From NCBI GenBank assembly GCA_002269645.1, contig NIVC01000907.1, positions 124,001 to 188,000 on the forward strand: a stretch of 64,000 nucleotides of DNA, read 5' to 3'. A program made the translations under genes and the position numbers. Each line of letters starts with the position of its first letter. Position 1 is the first letter of the stretch. Source of the stretch: Macrostomum lignano (lineage: Eukaryota). Below the pieces are notes generated by a model. The model was given only the letters and a program-made list of their open reading frames with translations. It was not told where the DNA came from and searched no databases. Shown here piece after piece: positions 12,044 through 22,795 of the stretch.

Positions 12044-15000
12044 CTAGACAGCACAATGCTTCTTATGTTCTTTCCAGTTCTTCAATTGACAGTCACGATC
12101 ACAGAAATAGACCCTCTTACATTTTGCACAACGCTTTAGGGCCTCGCACTTTCCACAGTTCGCGCAGACCTGGAATTCAACCGGCTCAATTGAAGCCCTG
12201 GACCCTGTCGGAATTGAGCGTTCTGACATCGCTATTTGAAAAAAAAACTTAGGTACTTCTTTGGTGGGAAGTCATCATTGCTGTCAAAGCACGGCAGCCT
12301 CATACTATCAGCATGGAGTCCTTTATCGTAAAATTCCCGAGCTTTTTTAGTTTCCATCAACAAAAGGTACTCCGTGGCAATGGAGAAAAAAGCTTTCGGA
12401 ATGTGGCGGCTGTCTGGTTCATTCGACGAGATGTACTTTTCATATGCATCGATTACAATTTGACGATCAGCTCTACTGGCAGATTGATTGGTGCTAGTCT
12501 TAAGCCTTAGGGACGTCGCTTTGCCATAGAGCCAGTCAGGCTCCCATTCCAGCTCCAGAGCTTGCTCAAATGAGCGCACCGAGGCCATGTACTCACCACA
12601 GAATCCGTACAAATTTCCCACCAAGTTGTGGTAGTCGGCAACATCGGGATTCAGAGATGTACACTGCAGTGCCATTCGAAGCAACTCTGAATTACTACTA
12701 CTCTTACTTACAGTCTTGTAATGGATAATGACGTACAGTGCATCCGCGTCTCTCGGATTTCGTTCAAAGGCTTTCATTGCAGCAGAAAAAAGACTTTCAA
12801 ATGTCTCCATGTCTAACGGGAGAGGATGCCAGACTCTATCGGCTTGCCGGTACAGCCGAAACGCTGCATTTGTATTGTTATTCTTCAGTTCCGACTTCGC
12901 CTGGTCAAAAATATTTAAAGACTCGAAAAAACTTTCTGCTTTTTTCGAGCCCTGAGCAGCCCGAACTATCATCGTTGGCAACGCAGCCAAATAATCGAAG
13001 CCAAACGAACCCCTACCAGGATGGGGCGGATTTTCTTGGGCCTGCCTAAAGTTTAGAAACATGTTAGAAAAAGCCTCCTTAGTCTTTCCACTAGGCAAAT
13101 ATGACTCCATGAATCGATCAATTCGTTCAGGATAGGTCAGATCACGGATTGAAAGGGTTTTCGAAGCTTCAAACTTAACAACCTCGTTCGATAACTCAAT
13201 GAATTGATCAACAGCAGTCTGGCCCTCTGTTGAACGAAGAAGCCACCGATGAGCTTGAGTCACATCGCGATCGCAACCATGACCCAGAGCAAGAATGTGG
13301 CCATAAAGCTTTTGAGCATCTTTGTTTCCGCTCTCTGCAGCTACTCGAATAAAAGAGACGGCGTCCTCACTCTTTCTTTGATTTAAAAGGAGACATCCTA
13401 GTTTAAAGGTTGCTTCTTTATGATTTAAATCAGAAGCCTTTCTGAAACATTTTTCTGCCTGTGACAGATCTTTTTGAAATCCGCCATCTCCCGTAAGGCG
13501 ATTCATTCCCATCACAAATAACGCTTGCTTATCATCGGAATCAAGCATGCCTTGAAGGATTTTCTTGGACGCATCAAGAGATTCTGCACCGGAAGCACCG
13601 GAACACTGCAACTGCTGCAGTACAATGAGAGCGCCTGGAAGACCCTGCTTTGCAGCAGCTTTTAATAACCCAGCCGCTTTCGATGCATCCTGTGGTCCTC
13701 CTTCTCCTTTTACGAGCATTTCAGCCAGATTCGATTGAGCCTCCGCGAGTCCAAGGTCCGCAGATTTCTGGTACCAACAGCGAGCGGAGTTGAGGTTCTT
13801 CTTGCAGCCAGAGCCTCTGTACAGGGCCAAGCCCAGGTTGTTCATTCCGGATGGACAGCCATGCTCTGCAGATTTCAGAAACCACTGGAACGCGAGCTTG
13901 TCATCCTGGTCAACATTAAAACCATCTCTATAGGCCATTGCTATGGCATTTTCTGCTTCCGCGACACCAATATTGGGAAAAACAATATCAGCTCTAGTTG
14001 TTTTCAGATAGGGCTTCTGCGCAGCAGCTTCGTGACAAAGTTCGAAGTACTTTTTCGGGTTTTTAGACCATCCAGCTAACCCTTCTTTGAACATGACTGC
14101 CATGTTGTACAAGCCTTCTGCACTACCTCGTTCGGCAGCAGACTGGTAGATTTCCAGCGCCTTCTTCTCCTCCTCGACTTTACCTTTTCCTGCATGCAAA
14201 ATACGATGGGCTTTGCTGATTTCGTAGGCGGTTTGGAGATGGACCATGTTCATTTGATAGGCGTCCTCATCTGAGACGTCGGATGCCTGCTTCAAAAAAT
14301 GAGCTGACAAATTTCTCGAAACCTCCGGCGTTTTAATGTGATTGAAACCTCCGCCTACAGGATGCTCTTTAATTTTGGCATCGGCTACCAAAGCTTGGCA
14401 GTCCCTCGATCTTACAAGCAGAGTCTCATCTCTAGGATCGATCTTCAGACCATCCTTGCACGCATCCACAGCCTCCTCATACAGCTCAAGGTCGTACAGT
14501 GCTTCAGATAAAATTCGGTAAAACTTGACCTGCTGTGGGTTCAGTACGATGGCCTCCTCGGCGTCCTCACGAGCCAAATCGAACTTGCGCAGTTGGATTT
14601 CACACAGGGCGCGATTTGAGTACAGAACTGCCTCTGTTGAGTTTATGTGGATTGCTCCGGTGTAGCAGTTCATCGCTTCTGTGCACCTTAAGTTTTTGTA
14701 GTGCTCATTTCCTTCGATCTTCAGCTTCTCCCAGTCTTCGCCAGAAGTTCCAGCACAGCCAGTGAAGCTCATGATTTGCTCTCTGCACTCAGTCAGTCCC
14801 AGCAACGATGCCAGCTTGAGCAGGCACTCGACATCGTGCTCAAAACGGTTGACGTCAAAATCTTGATGGGAATAGCGGTTTCTTGTCGCCCTGGCTAATT
14901 GCATTGTTTTAAGAAGCTGATCTTGGCAACTCTGATCTGGTAAAAGCTTGGTTATTTGTGTCTCTACCACCTGCAAGCAGGTGTTGAAATCTGGTTGCTG

Positions 15001-15132
15001 TTGCTGTTGAAGTCCACAGTGCCTCTTTAGTAATGCATTAATCCCCTCTTGTAGCAAATTAATGGCAAAATGAATATTTGCAGCTGCTCTAGCATTTTTT
15101 ATGGTTTGAGAATCCATGCAAAGATAAGACAT
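12044..15132 (-). CDS. Single-exon HEPN(Swt1-like)-TPR-SEL1 repeats-TPR-zf-MYND protein; the MYND domain is separated by a frameshift at a T9 run (12239-12247)
   Basis: N-terminal helical domain with RNRYSH; three TPRs (WEKLKIEGNEHYK...LYSNRA); about 7 SEL1 repeats (e.g. GMNNLGLALYRGSGCKKNLNSARCWYQKSADLG); C-terminal TPRs; CANCGK...CAKCKRVYFCDRDCQLKNWKEHKKHC. Adding one T restores a single ORF. Confidence 0.85.
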
Positions 15133-16320
15133 GCATGAAAAAGTTGCATGGAATTTATTTTAGATACCTAATTTAAAGTAGCCTATGTATTTAGTCAAAT
15201 TAAAAGAAGATAGTTTAGCCTCTTTAAAATTGACAGCTCAGCTCCTTAGAAAATTTTTAAAATAAATGGTACAAGTACACCACTAAATACACAAGTCAAT
15301 GCTAGCTCCAAAAAATTCAATAAATTTTGGGGAAATTTTTACTTTAATTGGCTTAGCCTAGTATTGGCATACCAATATCATGCTTTGACATAAATATACA
15401 AGTGTACCATATTTGCTAAGCTAACCAACTATTGATGTTTGGATTATTAATATAAACAAATTTATTCTATATGTGTATATGAGTAATGTTAATATAGTTT
15501 GCCTATAAGATGCACAACCATTCATAAATAACTATGGTAATATATATTGCTATTCTAGAAATTTCTACAGTATATTATTTTAATTATAGCAAGTTAAATT
15601 ATGTCCAAAAGGAAAGTTCTGCCTAACTAAATTAATACTGTTTGTTTTTACACTATGACTCTTTCTTAGAAAAATTCTTAATTCACTCAATTTCTTAGAA
15701 TCTCATGGTAGTGATCAGTGCCCAAGTGGTAAGATACTTTCTAATTAAAAAAAACTATGTCCAAATTTATAGTGCTCCTAGAGATCATGGGTTTCTAGCA
15801 TAGGCTTCTAATCTACTAATATCTAATGTTTTAACACTTAATGCCTAATCTCAGTCTCTATGTCTTTTGAGCCTTTCTGGCTTTGGTTGCCTTGTACAGC
15901 TTTGCCCCTTTGAGCCTATATGGCTTCTGTCCTTAGACTCAACTTTTGTAAAAACTGAATAAGCAAAGATTAGTTCTCAGCAAAAATTTCTTTTTAGCAA
16001 GAGGCAAGCTAAGAATAAACTAGAGCTTGTCTCAGAATTGTTTTATTTCATGCTAGGTGAAGCCTTTATATAATAATCATGGGAGTTAAGGGGTGCAATA
16101 TAATTAGTGGGGACAACTTAAAACAAAATTATATGAATATTTTAACAAAACTAAGATTTTTAACAAATAAAACCCTATTAAAAAAGAAATTTTATGATTG
16201 GCCAGTAAATTAATTTTGCATATAATTGCTTATAATAATAGAATAGAGACTAGCCAGACCCTACTTGAATTCCTATAATTTTTTCTAGAAATTCTAGTTT
16301 TTAGATTATTCAATAGCAAA

Positions 16321-16511
16321 CAGTAGCGCAACCAGAAATTTTTTGAGGGGGGGGTAGATTCTGGAAGGTAAAGTCCCGGGAGGGGGGGGCAGAGGGGAGG
16401 TTCTGTTTTTGGCGAAAATTCGCTTGGTCCCCCCTTCGATTTTTTTTTGGGTCTCCGCCTAAGGGGGGGGGCAACTGCCCCCTTGCCCCCCCCACCCTGG
16501 TTGCACCACTG
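16321..16511. mobile_element. hAT-type MITE, 191 bp
   Basis: TIRs CAGTAGCGCAACCAG / CTGGTTGCACCACTG; perfect 8-bp target-site duplication ATAGCAAA at 16313-16320 and 16512-16519. Confidence 0.92.
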
Positions 16512-19238
16512 ATAGCAAAAACTTAAAATTCAAAGTGATTTAAAATTCAATCAAATAAAAAATTGCAACCTTGTATATTATTTTATTAATTAATATCAAT
16601 ATTAGTAATAGTTACTTTTATGCCTTGCCCTCATTATTTAATAATGTTTGTCTATTTATAAAGTCTTCTCTAAAGTTGAAGTCTTTTAGGCTTTGAAGTC
16701 TAACTTTTCTACAATAGTTATGTTTTAAAACTCACCCCACTAATGGACAAAATAAAATTCTTATAATATAGAATATTAAATTTAAACAATATATAATGTA
16801 CAACAGTTGTACTAAAAAGTTACATTTATCAATATAATTTAAATTTTGTATGTTCATCCAATTAGAAAAGGTAGTAATTTTTCTACTAAAAATTTTAGTC
16901 TTTTAGCTTGATGACATAATTGATGAAGCATTTTGATTTCTTTCTGATGTTCATTACTGTTTTTTTTCAACTTTTAACTTTTTTGACTGTAACAAAACAA
17001 TAATAATACTAATACTAAGACGAGAAGAAGAAGTATAGAGCATATAAAAAGTTAAATAATGAGTGAGTCTTGATCCACAAACATTATTAACTAATTCCCA
17101 AATCAATAAAAAGACCCCCGCTGGGCCCGCCAGGCTGCACGATAAAATTATCGCGAAAGCGAAAACTCGATCGTAACATTGGTGCTATTCTAATACAATC
17201 TTTTATAAAAAGTAAACTCATATGAATGAGAATTATTAAAATACCGAACATTTTTCACTGTATTCTGATTTTATTGATGTGACTACAATAGAAAAGTATA
17301 TACTTTGTTTTACCCTCTGAACATAAATTACGCAGAAATTTATGGAACCCAATCCAATTCTACTTTCACGACGGCATGACATCTATGATATATAGATGTG
17401 ATGTGATACATGCACATAGGTGAACGATTTTCCTACAATGAATGAAAGAAACGAGAAACTAAGTTTTGTAAAATTTGGTTTGGCATGCTGGTCCAATTGG
17501 TTTTGGTAACGTGGGGCCGCCGTCCTGTCTAGTGCCATGAGCTTGTGCATGCTACCCACAGTTTTATTAGGTGGTGCTTACCAGGGTGAGAGGGTTCTAC
17601 TATAGTCGCGTACATGTAAAGTGCAGTGAAGAGCTGCATGTTCCAAAGTTTTTTTCAGCCAGCTATAGTATTCATAATACTCCGATACTATCAGAATTAG
17701 AACGATTAAGATGTATGTTATATACCACACTTTTATTAATTGGTTTCCCCCTGAAACTTCTCCCGTACAATTAAGCACCTCTTCCGGCAACTTTGATTTC
17801 TGGTACATATATATGAACATGATCATGTACATGCATGTTACTATGTAAGCACTGGAATTGTGCTTACATCGAAGCGAAAAAACAACGGCCTCCTCTCGTC
17901 TCAACCGGTTCTATCCAGCCAGACCAGCTCTACACTAAAGGGCAGATAACAAAGCTGAGGTTCGAAGGCCAAGCCAGCAGCCTGCGAACGCGTGACACCG
18001 TAGACTCGCAGCAATGCTTTGGGGGGTGATATGGTTGCCTAACAACGGGACAGAGAAAAACTGCTCGAGCGATAACCCTGCCCCGCTCAAACTATGCATT
18101 TGTGACGTTGTCAGTTTAAGTGGTCCCGAAAAGGGCCGTTGGACTGTAGCCCCTCTACAATTTCTCCAATCGTTTATTTTAACGTTTACTTGTAGTAGTG
18201 CCCAATGAATTTGTACTTATCGCTAACTCACTGCGCATTTTGCTATCCTTTCATGCGACCGTAGAAAACTGGCACGATCGATAATTTTAAGATCTTTAGC
18301 CAGCCAATGAAAACCGCTCGTGCTTCGCGCTACCCCCCCCCCTCTGCGCTCCTTTATTAACCCTCGCCTGGCGGGCTGGGGGGCTCCACTTGTTTTTGCG
18401 TTCTTGTTCGCCGCCCTGTCTGGCGTGTCTAGCCTTGTCTAGCCTTGTTTTCCTTCTCTCTGTCTGGCTGCCTCGAGCCTCCTTATCTCACGCCACGGCT
18501 GACGCCAATCTCGCCACTGCTACTCATTGCCTCCACTGTGCTCATCGCCATTGTCCATCACGTTACGTCGCCATTGCATCATTCGTCTGCCACTTGACTT
18601 CATCTCCAAATTATATTCAAACCCATTGTTGCAGCCGCCAGTGCCCAGAAGGCTATAGTTTGTGTATTGACAGTAATAACCAAGCCTAATATTGATATTA
18701 ACAATAAAAACAACTACGGCAGTTTCCTGCCTTTATTGCCAAGTGCTCCGCTACACAATCCGCTTTGCAAGAGTTGACTTCAACTTATTTTGGAACTACG
18801 ACTTACTGCAACGCTTGTCAAAACGGCCCTTTTAAGGGTCCTAGCCATAGTTAGCCGCTACGCCACATCGTGACACATTGCTCTTCATTTTGTCAACTAA
18901 ACCAGTTTGCTTGCTTGACTATAAAATACACTGTCTTGAATAATTTTCGGCAGAGAGATTCGGAGATGTGAGCCTCACACTCATAACAGGGCCCTCAGAG
19001 GCCAGGTGTGTTCGAAAGTCTTTCTGACTTGTGAGCAGATAACAGGAATAAAAACTGTTATATACTATAAAATGTACACTAAAATGTATACGCGGCAGTG
19101 TCAATTAAAACGTTAAATTGTTCAAAAAAGCTCAAAACGATTATCAAAAGGTTATCAAGGTAACGTAAACAGGGGCAGTGAAGTTTAACTTTATTTTTTG
19201 CTAGCTTGCGCAATTCGTGCTTTAAGATCACATTATCT

Positions 19239-19805
19239 TCACCACTGACCCACCTGGGCCGATCGCTGCATGGCGATCTCGCTAGGCACAGCGGCGAATC
19301 TCATGAGCCGGCATATTCGGCTGGACTGCACGAAGACGCAGGCGAGGCAGTGCGGGCTGCGGTGGCAGGCAGCGGCGCATTCGATATGATAGGGCTTTTC
19401 GCGATCTCGCTGCGGTGCATCAGGGATCGAGCTTTCGTGGAGACTGAGATATGCTCGCGGCATTTGGTTATCGCATCGATCCGAGACATTTGTTCAACTG
19501 AGGGCATGATTTTTTATATTCATGATCATTGAATGCTCTCGAAAGCTACACGTCATGCATGGGAGTATTACATGTAATTCAAATCAATATTTATCCGTGT
19601 CAAGCTGAAAATGAGTCCTGAGAAAATACACTAGTGTAGATCTAGATTTTCGTACAGATTTTTCAGGCCAACCTCCACAAATCTGAAATGGATTCCCATT
19701 GCATGACAGCTTGTTGTTGCAGTCAGCTTCATTAGAAGCACCATATGTGAGACGCATGTAGGTCGAGTCGCAGTAAGCAGAAGCCAGCACATCTCCAAAG
19801 GTCAT
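19239..19805 (-). pseudogene. Fragments of a WSC-like and PAN/apple-like domain gene, degenerate or frameshifted
   Basis: AYCDSTY...YGASNEADCNNKLSCNGNPFQICGG (C-terminal half of WSC); IECAAACHRSPHCLACVFVQSSRICRL (PAN Cys spacing). Splice-like sites flank the pieces but no intact ORF could be assembled. Confidence 0.4.
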
Positions 19806-20500
19806 CCTAGCTGACCATATACTGTAATTTCGGCAGTCGATTCTTCAATTGAAAACAGCCCCTGCAGGGACTTTGTGCCCAATGGGACGCGTTTCGACGA
19901 AACTCAATCGCTGTTTAATATTGGAAATTGAATCAGGCAGGCCGCAGGCGGAGATGGAAGGCTTCGAAATTTGGCATTTTAAACAACAGGAATACGTTGC
20001 CACGGTTTCGGAAGATTGGGGAGTCAGTTTGGGGAGTTATTGTGACAGATCACGCCCTCTCCTGATAGCGCCGCTGATGCAGATTCGAGGTAATCCACAG
20101 CTGGAGTTGTTCATTCTAACATGTAGCTGGCCGACGCGTGAGCCTAAAAAAACTCCCATTTGGGAGTGGTTCTAATAATGCAAAGGACTACTTTATTGGA
20201 CTACGTTTCTTGGAAAACTTTAGGAGGCAGATCATTCCGCAAATACACCACGGTTTTTTCAGCACAAAATTGCTATTGCTCTTGATAAGAGGCAGACCCA
20301 ATGTTCATCTTTTGTGTTGCCTTTCTTACAGCTCTATTCATACATATTCAAAGAGCTTTTCGTTTAGAAAAGTTGAATTTTCTGTTAATTTTTGGTCCTA
20401 CGTACAATCGTACATGTGCTGTGCCAAAAACCCATAAAAATTGCACGGCATGGCTCATCGGTTTTATGAACCAATTTTATAATTCTTAGCTGACTGTAAT

Positions 20501-20803
20501 CAGCGGGGTGCTTTCACAGCGTCGAAATTTCACATCGAAAACTTTAGCAAAGGATTTCATAAACTCGAAATTTCACAAGGTCGAAGTTTCACAACGTAGA
20601 AAACTCAAATATCAGCCACTTTCACAAGGTCGAAACTTCATAAGCTCGAAATTTCAGAACGTCGAAAATTTAATATAACAAGAACCATACAGTAGTTTTT
20701 TCTACGTTGTGAAATTTCGACCTTGTCAAAGTGGCTGCTATTTGAGTTTTCGATGTGCTTTCGACGTTGTGAAATTTCGAGTTTGTGAACCTTTCCCCCA
20801 CTG
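20501..20803. mobile_element. Foldback-type MITE built from inverted, internally repetitive arms (subrepeat TCGAAATTTCACAA)
   Basis: Termini CAGCGGGGTGCTTTCAC and GTGAACCTTTCCCCCACTG are imperfect inverted repeats; GAAAACTCAAATATCAGCCACTTTCACAAGGTCGAAA recurs inverted near 20715-20755. Confidence 0.75.
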
Positions 20804-22795
20804 TAACAGAGATGATAATGTAGATTATGATGATAAGGCGGTGGAGGGTTGAGGGCAAGGAGGCCGGACAGCTAAGGGACCGCAAGCCTAGAGCAAGCCT
20901 AAAGCCTAAAGCTTAATCCAAAAAAGCAGACAACCCCCCCTCAGGCGTAATGTACATGTACAAATTAATCGGTAAAATACGAGTATCGTGCAAGAATACT
21001 ATAACCATAGTACATGTACATAGATGGAACTACTTTACGAGAAATAATGCGATATGCAAGAAATACAAATAATAGAATAAATATAATACTAAGCTACGAA
21101 AAACCTACAGATTCAACAGTAACATTAGCGCAATAATAATACGTATATAAAATTGTTAAAATAAATTAAAGAATACAAGTAGTACAGTATCCATGCGAGA
21201 TAAGGAAATACGATACATATGCTTCTACGAATAACACTGTCACAAAGGCAAAAGTAGCAAAATATGGACGTTTGGGTCCGCCTCCTTTTAAAAGTAGTAA
21301 CCATTTTTTCGGCTATTATCTACCCCCGTGACCTACTCCGCAATCTACTCGATTATTTCGACGGATACCATATTGTAGCTGTTTTTCGATAAAGTTTTTA
21401 AATATTGAAATTTAAGCATATTGTCAACACTAGGGTTTCAAAACTGGCAATAAATAAAAAACCGACAGAGCTAAGTCACAGCAAACTGGTTAATATTTCT
21501 GAGTAAATGCAAAGGATTTTTGGCAATCTAGCAAAGAAGCAATCAGCACTTGAGCTTTCAAGACCACTGAACCGATTATAGCCCATATTACCCCGTTGGT
21601 TTTGCATTGTGTCATTTTAAATTTTCATATTGAGTTTAAATCGGATTCCAGATCCTCCTCGCTAACAGCCGCTTGAAGATGGTTTTTCTCTTCCGACAAC
21701 CTTACAAATTAACCCCCCCCCAGGATATCCATCAATTAAAGATGTAGAAGACAGAAGACAGCTTCACAGCTTGATATTTTTGAAACAACAAAACTGAAAT
21801 AACTGAGCTTTTACCATCACCAACTAAACAATTGAGTAATTTTTTGTAGAGAAAAACAACCAGACATCAATGGAGCAGAAAAGCCGAAAAATACCAGAAA
21901 AAAATTGAAATAGTTTGTTGTAACAAATCGACAGGTTGATAAATATGATAAAGTAGTTTTATGTTGAGCACCGTAAATAAAAATGCTTATAACCCAAAAA
22001 GCAGGCTGATTTAAGGAGGGCTGAGTGAAAGTATCGGACTGTAAGATTAGAAAGCAGCAGCAGAGAATAGAATATTAGATAAAAAAAGTACCATTGCTTG
22101 ACAAAATCAATTGATAAATAGGCTGGTGAAAATATTTAAACATCACCGGATATGCAGAGTTAAACTTCGGGCAAGACCGCCTCGATGAGATAAAGTACAC
22201 CGATTGCAGAGCCAGAATTGGAAACGCCTCATTGTGGCCCACAGCGCACTAGGAGCGGTAGGGATTAACGTTCGAACTTTTATGCTTGGACGACACAAAG
22301 CGACATGATAAGCACCAAATGCTAATCAATAGTACAAAATAAGAAACTAAATAATATTAATCTTGAAAAATGTTTATAAATAGTTAGACAATATTGTAAA
22401 TGCTTTGAAATAGACTCGCCCACTGGAAAAAAACTGAAAGCGGCTTGGACCTCCAGTTCAATCTTCAATCGATGTGGTCCCGAAAACTGCTCCAAAAGTT
22501 ACTTAACTTTTCAAAAATTTGCTACGTAAAAGTCTCTTTGAAGGCCCTTCAGTGGCCCGTATAAATTCCCCTTAAAGGCAAAAAAAAGCCTTTTAGATTT
22601 TTCAGCGAGCCATAGATGCATACTACTCGTAGTAAATGTATTAGTTCTTAATTAACGCTAAATAGGTAAAAAATAAGGAAGCGTATATTGTTCAAAAGTA
22701 ACTGTCCAAGCACCGGGTGGGTCAACAGAAAAAGGATTAACCGTCTTCAAGTATTTAACAAAAGTTTTAGATAAATTAGCCTTAAAATCAATGGC

